A DNA stretch of 64,000 bases, from contig DUOK01000233.1 in NCBI GenBank assembly GCA_012838865.1, positions 3,512 to 67,511 on the forward strand. Reading direction: 5' to 3'. Shown here one piece after another: positions 44,920 to 54,095 of the stretch. The position numbers were made by a program, and so were the translations under genes. Within the stretch, counting starts at the first letter, position 1, and the number at the start of each line of letters is the position of its first letter. The DNA is from Bacteroidales bacterium. Lineage in GTDB: Bacteria; Bacteroidota; Bacteroidia; Bacteroidales; Marinilabiliaceae. The notes under the pieces were generated by a model. The model ran no database searches, was not told the origin of the DNA, and saw only the letters and a program-made list of their open reading frames with translations.

Positions 44920-46821
44920 TTAACCATTCATCGAGATAAGGAACTCTTCATTTGAGTTGGTTCTCAACATACGATCCTTTATAAACTCCATAGCCTCTAC
45001 AGAATTCATGTCGGCCAAATGATTGCGCAAAATCCAAATCCGGTTCATCAACTCCTTGTCAAGCAGCAAGTCCTCGCGACGGGTACTTGAGGCCATAATG
45101 TCCACAGAAGGGTAAACCCGCTTATTGGCCAGCTTACGATCGAGCTGAAGCTCCATGTTACCGGTACCCTTAAATTCCTCAAAAATAACGTCGTCCATCT
45201 TCGAGCCGGTGTCGGTCAAGGCAGTCGCCAAAATGGTCAGGGAACCACCATTCTCAATGTTACGGGCGGCACCAAAGAAACGTTTGGGCTTGTGCAAGGC
45301 ATTGGCATCCACACCACCCGACAACACCTTACCCGAAGCGGGAGAAACCGTGTTGTAAGCACGAGCCAAACGGGTAATGGAGTCGAGCAGGATAACCACA
45401 TCGTGCCCACATTCAACCATACGCTTGGCCTTTTCCAAAACAATGTTGGCCACCTTCACGTGCCGCTCTGCGGGCTCATCAAAGGTTGAAGAAATGACTT
45501 CGGCATTTACACTTCTGGCCATATCGGTCACCTCTTCAGGACGCTCATCAATGAGCAAAATAATCATATACACCTCAGGGTGATTGGAGGCAATAGCATT
45601 AGCTATATCCTTCAACAATACCGTTTTACCAGTCTTTGGCTGAGCCACAATCAATCCACGTTGCCCCTTCCCTATGGGAGAAAACAAATCAACCACGCGA
45701 GAAGAAAAATTGGCTTTGGGCCCGGCAGTAATGTTAAATTTTTGGTCGGGAAACACCGGAGTCAGGTGATCGAAAGGAACGCGGTCACGCACAAAATCGG
45801 GCGTTCTGCCGTTAATCGACTCCACCTTAATCAGCGGAAAATACTTTTCCCCTTCCTTGGGTGGGCGGATGGCACCCAAAACCATATCACCGGTCTTGAG
45901 CCCAAAAAGCTTTATCTGAGACTGTGAGACATAAATATCATCGGGTGAATTCAGGTAATTGTAATCGGAAGAACGCAGGAAGCCATACCCATCGGGCATA
46001 ATCTCCAAAACGCCAGAAGCAGAAATAATCCCCTCAAACTCAAAGGCCTTGTCTTCCTTACGCTGTTGCTTGTCCTGAAGCCTCTGCTTGTTTTGATTTT
46101 GATTCTGGTTTTGATTCTGGGGCTGCGGCTGAGAAACACTGCTATCTTTCTGGCCTTGATCCTGTTCTGATTTTGGCTCAGCCTGTTGCCGCTGTTCGTT
46201 TCTATTCTGCTGCTGGCGCTCATCGCGATTCTTGTTGCGACGATTGTCTTCAAAACGATGCGGCTTGCGTTGCTCGTTGGGCGTATTGGCAGGCGATTCC
46301 GTGGCGCCCTCAGCAGGAGACTGATTCCTGACCGGTCCCTCCTGATCTGCAACCGGCTTATCATGAGCTTTTGCTGCTTCAGGTCGCTTGTTCAACTTGC
46401 TCTCTTCGGCCACAGCTTGTTCATCATTACTGCCGGTCTTTGTCTTCTCGGTGGAAGCAACTTCCCTGCCCTTTTCTTTTTGCTTGTGCTCTTTATCCTT
46501 TCGCTCTTCAGAGGACTTAGATGAAGGGGCAGTCCCCTCTTCTCTTGGCCCTTTCTCTGCAGCAGCCTTGGGTTCCTGTCCTTTCTGCTCTACTTGTTTC
46601 TTTGGAGGTCGTCCTCTTCGGCTTCGCTTATCTGAGGGCGCAGCGTCGTCTGAACGCGGCTCCCTTTTGCTTTTCTCAGAAGCCTTTATGGCCTGGGCAT
46701 CCAGAATTTGATAAATCAAATCCTGTTTTTTAAAAGACTCTACACGCTTAATTTCCAAATCTTTGGCAATAGCACGAAGATCCGGTAACAGCTTCTTGTT
46801 TAATTCAAGAATGTCGTACAT
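44920..46821 (-). CDS. rho: transcription termination factor Rho with long low-complexity N-terminal insertion
   Basis: [69 protein letters not shown]. Confidence 0.98.
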   Translation of the reverse strand: MYDILELNKKLLPDLRAIAKDLEIKRVESFKKQDLIYQILDAQAIKASEKSKREPRSDDAAPSDKRSRRGRPPKKQVEQKGQEPKAAAEKGPREEGTAPSSKSSEERKDKEHKQKEKGREVASTEKTKTGSNDEQAVAEESKLNKRPEAAKAHDKPVADQEGPVRNQSPAEGATESPANTPNEQRKPHRFEDNRRNKNRDERQQQNRNEQRQQAEPKSEQDQGQKDSSVSQPQPQNQNQNQNQNKQRLQDKQQRKEDKAFEFEGIISASGVLEIMPDGYGFLRSSDYNYLNSPDDIYVSQSQIKLFGLKTGDMVLGAIRPPKEGEKYFPLIKVESINGRTPDFVRDRVPFDHLTPVFPDQKFNITAGPKANFSSRVVDLFSPIGKGQRGLIVAQPKTGKTVLLKDIANAIASNHPEVYMIILLIDERPEEVTDMARSVNAEVISSTFDEPAERHVKVANIVLEKAKRMVECGHDVVILLDSITRLARAYNTVSPASGKVLSGGVDANALHKPKRFFGAARNIENGGSLTILATALTDTGSKMDDVIFEEFKGTGNMELQLDRKLANKRVYPSVDIMASSTRREDLLLDKELMNRIWILRNHLADMNSVEAMEFIKDRMLRTNSNEEFLISMNG

Positions 46822-46998
46822 AATATTGGTAATAAACTTTTGAATAGCAATTTTTATTTGTGGGGGTCAGTAAAGAGAAACTACTGAGTAAAATGATAAT
46901 TCCGGATAAGAACCGGGAAAGGCCTTGGAGAAATGATGTAGGCAATATTTGCCCAAGGGACAAATTGCCAGATACGAAAACACAACTCTCTGACCCTG

Positions 46999-47030
46999 CA
47001 AACTTAAGCATTAGATTTTAAGCACCCAAA
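46999..47030 (-). promoter_or_regulatory. full Bacteroidota sigma-A promoter of rho (TTTG-N20-TAAGTTTG)
   Basis: CAAACTTA at 46999-47006 and CAAA at 47027-47030 on plus give consensus -7 and -33 elements on minus. Confidence 0.7.
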
Positions 47031-47183
47031 AAAATGCCATTTTTTTTTAGGTTCTAGTCGATAAAACTAAATAACTTGCAGAAATTTTCACAAAAACAAG
47101 CAACGAAGGTGACAGCTCCGCCTTTTTTTGTTATACTTACAAAGCCTTTTCACCTATTCAGAACCTATGTAGCTTCTAAAGTT

Positions 47184-48050
47184 ATGAGACAACTCAAAAT
47201 AACCAAACAAGTAACCAACAGAGAGGCCCCTTCTCTGGACAAATATCTTCACGAAATTGGAAAAGTCCAACTGATAACTGCAGAGGAAGAGGTACAACTT
47301 GCAAAAAAAATAAAGCAGGGCGACCAGGCAGCCCTCGAACGCCTGATAAAAGCGAACCTTCGCTTCGTTGTATCCGTAGCCAAACAGTATCAGAACCAAG
47401 GGCTCAGTCTCCCCGATCTCATCAACGAAGGCAACCTGGGCCTCATCAAAGCCGCCCAACGCTTCGACGAAACCAGAGGCTTTAAATTCATCTCTTACGC
47501 CGTTTGGTGGATCCGACAGTCGATTCTCCAGGCCCTGGCAGAGCAGGCTCGTATTGTACGCCTGCCCTTAAATAAAATCGGAAGCATCAACAAGGTGAAC
47601 AACACCTTTGCACGTCTCGAGCAGGAATTTCAACGCGAACCAACCCCCTACGAAATAGCCGATATTTTGGACATCGCTCCGAAGGAAGTAAAAGAAGCTT
47701 TGAAAATATCCTCGCGTCACGTATCTATGGATGCGCCGCTGAAACAAGATGAAGAAAACACCCTCTACGATGTCCTTCTTTCCTCTGATGCCAGCAGTCC
47801 CGACTCCGAGTTACTGGACGATTCGCTGCGGCGTGAAATAGAGCGCTCTCTTTCGACCCTTTCGACCCGTGAAGCCGATATCGTAAAACTGTATTATGGC
47901 CTAAACGGAGAACCCCCCTACTCGCTTGAAGAAATTGGCAAGCTCTTCAACCTTACCCGCGAACGGGTAAGGCAAATCAAAGAAAAAGCCATAAAACGAC
48001 TCAAGCACACTTACCGAAGTAAAATACTCAGGTCCTACCTTGGAGATTAG
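47184..48050 (+). CDS. rpoD: RNA polymerase sigma-70 factor, Bacteroidota RpoD/SigA family
   Basis: [62 protein letters not shown]. Short form lacking region 1.1. Could be a paralogue of the primary sigma. Confidence 0.85.
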   Translation: MRQLKITKQVTNREAPSLDKYLHEIGKVQLITAEEEVQLAKKIKQGDQAALERLIKANLRFVVSVAKQYQNQGLSLPDLINEGNLGLIKAAQRFDETRGFKFISYAVWWIRQSILQALAEQARIVRLPLNKIGSINKVNNTFARLEQEFQREPTPYEIADILDIAPKEVKEALKISSRHVSMDAPLKQDEENTLYDVLLSSDASSPDSELLDDSLRREIERSLSTLSTREADIVKLYYGLNGEPPYSLEEIGKLFNLTRERVRQIKEKAIKRLKHTYRSKILRSYLGD

Positions 48051-48075
48051 TACCAAAACAAACAGTCACAAAACA

Positions 48076-48726
48076 ATGCAACATCAAATAGCCCCCTCTT
48101 TATTGGCGGCAGACTTCAGCAATCTGGCCGGCGAAGTAGCTATGATTAACCAAAGTGATGCCGACTGGCTGCACCTCGACATCATGGATGGCGTCTTTGT
48201 CCCCAACATCAGTTTTGGAATACCCGTTATTGAAGCGGTAAAAAAAACGGCAACAAAACCCCTGGACGTACACTTAATGATGGTACAGCCCGAACGCTAT
48301 ATTGAGACCTTTAAAAAAGCCGGGGCCGATTTACTGAATGTACATTATGAGGCCAGCCCCCACTTGCATCGCACCATCGAAAGCATCCACCAGCAAGGGA
48401 TGAAGGCCGGCGTAACCCTCAATCCCCACACCCCCGTGAGCGTGTTGGAGGAGATCATTACGGAAGTCGACCTCGTGTTAATCATGTCGGTGAACCCGGG
48501 TTTTGGGGGCCAAAAATTCATTCCCGGATCTTTTGAGAAGATTTCCAGACTAAAAGAACTCATCTTAAAACGCAAGAGCAAGGCCTGGATTGAAGTGGAT
48601 GGTGGTGTGGACCAGAATAATGCCAGAGAACTGGTTCAGGCAGGAGCCGACATTCTGGTAGCAGGCAGTTATGTGTTTAAAGCACCCGACCCTCAGGAAG
48701 CCATCCGAAAAATAAAATACTTTTAA
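48076..48726 (+). CDS. rpe: ribulose-phosphate 3-epimerase
   Basis: IAPSLLAADF, HLDIMDGVFVPNISFG, DVHLM, MSVNPGFGGQKF, EVDGGV. Confidence 0.97.
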   Translation: MQHQIAPSLLAADFSNLAGEVAMINQSDADWLHLDIMDGVFVPNISFGIPVIEAVKKTATKPLDVHLMMVQPERYIETFKKAGADLLNVHYEASPHLHRTIESIHQQGMKAGVTLNPHTPVSVLEEIITEVDLVLIMSVNPGFGGQKFIPGSFEKISRLKELILKRKSKAWIEVDGGVDQNNARELVQAGADILVAGSYVFKAPDPQEAIRKIKYF

Positions 48727-48745
48727 GTAGTTCCCGAAAAATACT

Positions 48746-48753
48746 TATCTTTG
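48746..48753 (+). promoter_or_regulatory. -7 element TATCTTTG of ssrA
   Basis: Consensus match 17 nt before the tmRNA 5' end. Confidence 0.65.
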
Positions 48754-48770
48754 TAACTCTTAATCACCAT

Positions 48771-49168
48771 GGGGCTGACCTGGATTTGACAGCAAGGCTA
48801 AGTGGTAAGTAAGCATGCCGAGCAATGGGATACCGGCTCGTAAATCATGGATCTCAACTTTTTTAACTGGCGAATCTAATTACGCTCTCGCCGCCTAATC
48901 GAAGTACAGTAGATGGGCATTATCCTTGCTCCAGGAGCTTGGACGAGACACTTCCCGGGTGCCAATTCCTGAGGCGGCCCGAATCGGAGGTGTAGAAATA
49001 TCGGGAATAGCCGGCGAGCGGCCTTTGCTCAAGGGCGAAACTTTAAGAGGCTAAGGAGTCGTCCGGGTGTCTGTTCCCAAACGACTCACGAAAACCAACA
49101 GCAGAATAAGCATGTAGAAAGCTTATGGCTTACTTGTTTGGACGAGGGTTCGATTCCCTCCAGCTCCA
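48771..49168 (+). ncRNA. ssrA: transfer-messenger RNA (tmRNA)
   Basis: 5' GGGGCTGACCTGGATTTGAC pairs with 3' CAGCTCC-A. T-arm GAGGGTTCGATTCCCTC. Tag ORF GESNYALAA* at 48869-48898. CCA not encoded. Confidence 0.97.
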
Positions 49169-49172
49169 CACT

Positions 49173-49682
49173 TTAAGGCAGCGGAGCCCCAACGGCGATG
49201 TCGCAGCGATGCCAGGGCTGGCCGTGCGGGGGATTTAAAGCCGGTTTTTCTCCGGTTTGCGGAGCCGTGTTTTGGCGGGCCTGACCAGCATTAAGCCTTC
49301 TGGCATTTTCGATGGTTGGGGCCATCGAGCTGTAAGTTCTGGGGGCCTCGACCTGTGCCGGGGCAGTTCCGGCAACCGCACTCCCGGTCACTTCGGGACC
49401 ATTAAGGGGACTACCTACAGGTATTTCACAACGATGACCAGGCTCGCCATGCGGCGGATTCAAAACAATCTCTTCCCCCTTTTCTTGCTCAACATCCGGC
49501 AGCTCCGTCTCCAGGGCTTGCGGTTCCGATTGCATCTCCTCCACTACTGGAACGGCCTCTTTTTGTTGTTGACTGGCTTTTGGCGCATCCGCGCAGGCCC
49601 AAAATATGGAAGGGAACACTGCCCCAAAAGCAAGCATAACTAACCAAGACTTCTTTATCCTTTGCATAAGATCAAATTTCAT
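49173..49682 (-). CDS. putative lipoprotein with duplicated LNPPHGxPxHRCxIxVG motif
   Basis: Basic N-terminus, hydrophobic stretch, Cys30. Two near-identical 20-aa motifs separated by Pro/Ala/Gln-rich linkers. Confidence 0.7.
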   Translation of the reverse strand: MKFDLMQRIKKSWLVMLAFGAVFPSIFWACADAPKASQQQKEAVPVVEEMQSEPQALETELPDVEQEKGEEIVLNPPHGEPGHRCEIPVGSPLNGPEVTGSAVAGTAPAQVEAPRTYSSMAPTIENARRLNAGQARQNTAPQTGEKPALNPPHGQPWHRCDIAVGAPLP

Positions 49683-49724
49683 TTATTATTATGACGATTA
49701 AACTGAACTCAACTTTCCAAGTGC

Positions 49725-50084
49725 TTATTCCTGTTCTTTCCTGGCTTTACGTACATCCCTGAAATTCTTAACAAAAGCAAGTAAGGCAGCCACAGAACTC
49801 AGCAGCATAAGCACCACCCTGGCCACAGCGGGCGCATCGGCCCTGCCCCATGCCGCCAGTAAAGGCTTAAACAAACCGATGGTTACCAACAGGGTCAGCA
49901 AAACCGCCAGGTGGGCCTCCAGCTTCTTTTCCTTTTTGAGTCCGGGGTTCAGTGCCAATAATAGCACGCCTGCAAACACAGGAATCAGCGCCGTCAGCGA
50001 CGGGGTGTCCGAAACCAAATAGGCCCAGGCCCCCAAAACCATCAGAAGAATGGCGTTTACAAAACTTATCCAATATACTTTCAT
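49725..50084 (-). CDS. small membrane protein (about 4 TM)
   Basis: Four hydrophobic segments and a basic C-terminal tail. Confidence 0.65.
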   Translation of the reverse strand: MKVYWISFVNAILLMVLGAWAYLVSDTPSLTALIPVFAGVLLLALNPGLKKEKKLEAHLAVLLTLLVTIGLFKPLLAAWGRADAPAVARVVLMLLSSVAALLAFVKNFRDVRKARKEQE

Positions 50085-50232
50085 CAACACAGGTTTTTAT
50101 GAAACAAGCTCCAAATGATAGAGAAACGCTCAACCACAGGCATTGTTCAAAGCTCAAAAGTTTCAGCGATTCAGTTTTATTACAATCCTATTACGCCAAA
50201 GAGACACTACAGGGTACCCTTTCAGGGGTGAT

Positions 50233-51714
50233 TTACCTTAGGCCAAACAGGTGAAATAAATCACCGAACAGGTAAACGAAGTAATTCCCTAACCACACAC
50301 AACAACTCAGTAAGGTCAAGTGGCTTAAACAAATAGCGATCGCAACCTGCTTCGAGTGCGGCATCTTTATGTCCATCAGCACCAAAGCAAGGTCGGCAGA
50401 CTCCTTGACCATCTCTACCGCCTCAAGGCCATTCCGGGCCTGAAGAACGTCAAACTTATACCCCTCTACGCGATGCGTGAGCGCATCCTGCAACAACATG
50501 AAGTTCACTTCATCGTCCTCTGCTACCAATACCCGATAAGTCGCGCCCTCTTGAACAGCAAGATCGGCCGTGGCACTGTCCTCAACAAAAAAGCGCAATT
50601 TCCCCTGCCCCATGTTTTGGTAACCAAAAGACACCTTTCCTTTTGGAGTAAACTTTATGGCATTGTCTACCAGTTTCTCCAAGACTTGTTGTAGGCGAAA
50701 TGCATCGCCGATCAAGGTCCGGGACAAACGTTGCGGCGGACTGTGGTAACTCAGGGTCAACTCGGGACGAACGAGACTTAAAAACTTTTCATATACGCCT
50801 TTTACCACAGAAGCGGCATCTACTTGTTCCTCTTTCTGCAAAACATCTCCTGCATCCAGGCGACTCAACTCCAGGATGTCGTCTACAATAATCAGCAATT
50901 GATTGCTGGATTTGGCAATGTGCTCTATAAACAAACCCCGCTTTTCTTCTTTGAGACTTGGCATTCTGAGCAATTCCACGAAACCCATAATTCCGTTCAT
51001 GCATTTTTAATGGCCATAGAAGCCTGCGTCACCAAGACCTGGCAAATTTCCAGGTCAGTCTTTGCAAAAGAAGATGGAATGCGGGAACTGCCCAGGGCAA
51101 GTACGCCCAGCGTTTTCCCATCCAAAACCAAGGGGATAAAAACCACAGATTGCAAGCCCTTGAGTTTAACCAGAGCACGCTCCGCGGGGGTCAAATGCTC
51201 CCGATCAAGCTTCGACATGGTAACCACTTCCTGCGTATCAATACAGGATTCCATACAAGGAAAATGGGAGAGATCGTAAGTTTTCAAGAGCTGCTTTTCC
51301 TCATCTAAAGGCGCTGGCTTGGCTAACTCTGTGCTCCATAACGGCACGCTGGGCCAGAATTCGCCCGGTAATGTCTTCCTTAATACCCAAATAGTGGGTG
51401 ATTTTGCCGACCTCATTCATCACCGGGGTAATAATGGCCGACTCGTAATACAGCTCACCGTTTTTCTTCCGGTTCACAAATTCACCGTGCCACTCGTTGC
51501 CTCCGCTGATGACCTGCCACAACTGTCGATAATCTTCTTCCGAGCTTTGTCCCGACTTCAATATCCGCGGATTCCTACCCAGGACCTCCTCTGCCCGGTA
51601 GCCGGTTAAGCGACAGAATTAGGGATTCACATACTCAATGCATCCCGAAACATCGGTCACCACAATGGAAACGGGACTGTTTTCTATAATGAGTTTATAG
51701 ACATCAATATTCAT
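50233..51714 (-). pseudogene. decayed hybrid sensor kinase (PAS-GAF-HisKA-HATPase-REC)
   Basis: PAS start at 51714 has an in-frame TAA at 51619-51621 (YVNP*FCRLTGY). A frameshift leads into a GAF half. H-box missing (IKNA joined out of frame to MNGIMGF), G-boxes missing after FFVEDS, receiver truncated after MDIKMP. Confidence 0.85.
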
Positions 51715-51884
51715 CGCTCTTGGTTAAAAACGAGAAACTACGAACTTGTGTCAGGACTTCCTTAACCGCATCAAAATCAAGAGAAAGCACTGGAGATGAA
51801 TAAACTACCATAACTATTGCTTTTTGAATTTTAGATTAACACATGACAAAACTCATCCAAATATAAACAATAGTTTTGCTTATA

Positions 51885-51917
51885 AAAGAAAGCGGCCTGC
51901 GAAAAATCGCAGGCCGC
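51885..51917 (-). terminator. intrinsic terminator after yfiR-like gene
   Basis: GCGGCCTGCGA-AAAA-TCGCAGGCCGC hairpin with TTTCTTTT on minus. Confidence 0.8.
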
Positions 51918-51948
51918 CTCCCGGTAAACCGATATATGAACCCTAAAT

Positions 51949-52452
51949 CTATCTCGAAAAATTAGCCAGCTGACTGCTCACCATAAGATTTTTAGTCTGA
52001 GCCAGCTCTTCATCCAGGCGAATACCTAATTTGCCTGCTTCCACAGAAAAATTGATGACAGAACCCTGGGGCTGTCGTCCCTGATTCTCGGTCACAACCA
52101 AAACCGGACGATTACTAATGGCTGTAGCCATGCGTGAAAAGCTGTTGAGACTGCGATTGGGCACAAAAAGCAAATGGCAATTAGCTGCTTCTGTAGCAGA
52201 ACTCAACTCTACAACTTCAATGTTCTTGCCGGCAACAGTGCGACTACCCATTCCGTCCTTCAGTTCCTTGGTAATCTCTTCGCCGCTGCCTAAAACCCCA
52301 ATAACAAAAGCAGGGTCCTTGTAAATCTCGGGCCACTGCACCAGACGGGTAAAATTGTAAATAAAGGTAGCCTGATGCTTCTCCAGTTGTGCGGATGCAT
52401 TGTCAACTGCAAAGAAGGCAAGTACCATTAAAAGTAAAAGTGACTTTCTCAT
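51949..52452 (-). CDS. YfiR/HmsC family (DUF4154) periplasmic protein
   Basis: Signal peptide, ATFIYNFTRLVQWP, FVIGVLG, CHLLFVP, VLVVTE, INFSVEAGKLG, VSSQL. Confidence 0.85.
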   Translation of the reverse strand: MRKSLLLLMVLAFFAVDNASAQLEKHQATFIYNFTRLVQWPEIYKDPAFVIGVLGSGEEITKELKDGMGSRTVAGKNIEVVELSSATEAANCHLLFVPNRSLNSFSRMATAISNRPVLVVTENQGRQPQGSVINFSVEAGKLGIRLDEELAQTKNLMVSSQLANFSR

Positions 52453-52479
52453 AGTAAATTTTGAATAAGTTTTACGCCA

Positions 52480-52487
52480 CAAAAATA
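52480..52487 (-). promoter_or_regulatory. -7 element TATTTTTG for yfiR-like gene
   Basis: TAnnTTTG match 27 nt upstream of the start. Confidence 0.55.
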
Positions 52488-52739
52488 CCAGGTATAATAA
52501 TGTTATTGGACAGATTAATAATTATTAACCATGCTAAAAATACTTAAAGCACAGTCACTTACGAAACCAAGCCCCCTCTGCACATCTCCAAGAAAACAAG
52601 GAAATGCGCGACTACACAGGTCTTTACGGCCCACCGCACAAGACCTTTGTCATCCACTGAAGTCCCCCAAAAGCACCGGATAAGCATTGCCAAGATTAAA
52701 AAACCCTTAAAAAAGCAAAATCACCGAAACCTTTTAAGC

Positions 52740-53582
52740 TTACACATCCATCAGGTTTTCAAAAGCAGAGGTAACTGCTTGTGCATAACTGCGTGAAACG
52801 GGTATGGAAAGCTGGCCTTCCTCATCCATCCACAGCTTAAACTGCCCCTTATCCCTTTTCAGCATCTTCACGCGATGGATGTTGACCATATACGAACGGT
52901 GACAGCGAAGCAGGGGAAAATCTTCCAACATTTGCTCGAGACGCTTTAGAGTGTTCCGCAGCAGAAAGGACTTGACCTTAATCCCTGCCTGAAAATAAAT
53001 CACCACGTAGTTGTCGCTGGCCTCCAAATAAATTAAATCGCTGGACTTGATGGTGAGCCGCAAGACTTCATTTTCATCCCGAAAGAGAATAAACTGCGGC
53101 CTTTTCCGAATCTGCCGCACCAAGGCATCCAGACTCATCTTCTTTTCGCGCCAGGCAAAAAACAAGAGACTGATTAAATAGGGGATCAAAAGAATCAGGG
53201 AAGTATTCTGCACGGCAACATACAAAAGCACGCCAAAAGGTCGCACACCACCCAACACCACCAACTCAAGCACCGCATACAGCACGCCCATAAAAAAAAT
53301 CTCTGCCACCACACTCCAGGCGTAATAGGTCAAGGTCACAGGACGCCGACGTTGACGCAATTGCATCAACAGTCTGCTGATGATAACCACCACCATACCG
53401 GCCATTACCAAAGCACCCGAAGCCAACAAAAAAGCCCACCAGCGCACATCGTACCATTCGCCGGCACCAAAGGGTCGATAAATATTAATGAAGAAAAAGG
53501 CAAACAGGGCAGTAAACACTATCTGAAGAATCGTATTTCGCCGGGTAACAAAGTACTCCGGAATCACTTTGGGATTTTTCAT
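52740..53582 (-). CDS. membrane-anchored LytTR family transcriptional regulator (no receiver domain)
   Basis: Four TM segments, then IYLEASDNYV, LRNTLKRLE, RCHRSYMVN, IPVSRSY. Confidence 0.9.
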   Translation of the reverse strand: MKNPKVIPEYFVTRRNTILQIVFTALFAFFFINIYRPFGAGEWYDVRWWAFLLASGALVMAGMVVVIISRLLMQLRQRRRPVTLTYYAWSVVAEIFFMGVLYAVLELVVLGGVRPFGVLLYVAVQNTSLILLIPYLISLLFFAWREKKMSLDALVRQIRKRPQFILFRDENEVLRLTIKSSDLIYLEASDNYVVIYFQAGIKVKSFLLRNTLKRLEQMLEDFPLLRCHRSYMVNIHRVKMLKRDKGQFKLWMDEEGQLSIPVSRSYAQAVTSAFENLMDV

Positions 53583-53610
53583 AGTTACAGTGGTCTTCTT
53601 TTGCGTGGAG

Positions 53611-53618
53611 CAAATATA
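53611..53618 (-). promoter_or_regulatory. -7 element TATATTTG of the LytTR gene
   Basis: Consensus match. A TTG lies 20 nt further upstream, at 53639-53641. Confidence 0.6.
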
Positions 53619-53639
53619 AGAGAAAAAACAAAGGCGTTC

Positions 53640-53693
53640 AATTCACCCCAGAAAAACAAAATTCACCCCAGACAAAAAACCACTCACCCCTAA
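53640..53693. repeat. three direct repeats with TCACCCC core at 20-21 bp period (candidate LytTR operator)
   Basis: AATTCACCCCAGA twice plus ACTCACCCCTAAA. Cores at 53643, 53663 and 53684, with A-rich spacers. Confidence 0.7.
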
Positions 53694-53771
53694 ACCGCGA
53701 CAAACACTCCTTTTTTCGAACAGCTATTAAGGATTGTTTTTTCTTTGCAGGTACAGGAACATTCAGTTGGT

Positions 53772-53935
53772 CTTTTCAAAGAGACTTGTAGTGCATTTGA
53801 ACACTGCCCGGAGCCATTCCCGCCAGTCTGTTCTCCGGCATGAGGGTCGGTTCTCAAGTGCCAATTCTCTTTTTGAAAAGCAAGCAGAAAAAAGTCCCGA
53901 TTTTGGCAAACGTGCCAATCGGGGCTTTTCTGTAC
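53772..53935 (+). ncRNA. candidate structured ncRNA (6S-like rod plus terminator)
   Basis: Nested complementary blocks across 53772-53880, followed by hairpin 53890-53929 and a U-rich tail. G-U pairs favour the plus strand. No credible ORF. Confidence 0.45.
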
Positions 53936-53952
53936 TTTTTGACGCAAAAAAT

Positions 53953-53982
53953 TTTGGACAGCGACTTTTTTTTATATTTTTG
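53953..53982 (+). promoter_or_regulatory. promoter of tRNA-Thr (TTTG-N18-TATTTTTG)
   Basis: -33 TTTG at 53953-53956 and -7 TATTTTTG at 53975-53982. Confidence 0.55.
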
Positions 53983-54018
53983 CACCGCCTTTCCGCTTAT
54001 GGAGAGTCTCCAAAAAAA

Positions 54019-54090
<72 letters not shown>

Positions 54091-54095
54091 CTTTT

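Noticed and set aside
47184-48050. Short sigma-70 lacking region 1.1 as a novelty
   Set aside because: This is the established form of Bacteroidota primary-type sigma factors.
52619-52730. Weak ACC-centred repeats and an AGGTCTT/AAGACCT hairpin downstream of the LytTR gene
   Set aside because: Irregular spacing, poor match to TCACCCC, and no U-tract.
53640-53693. Direct repeats considered as a mini-CRISPR
   Set aside because: The repeats are 13 bp with 7-8 nt spacers, far too short, and there are no cas genes.
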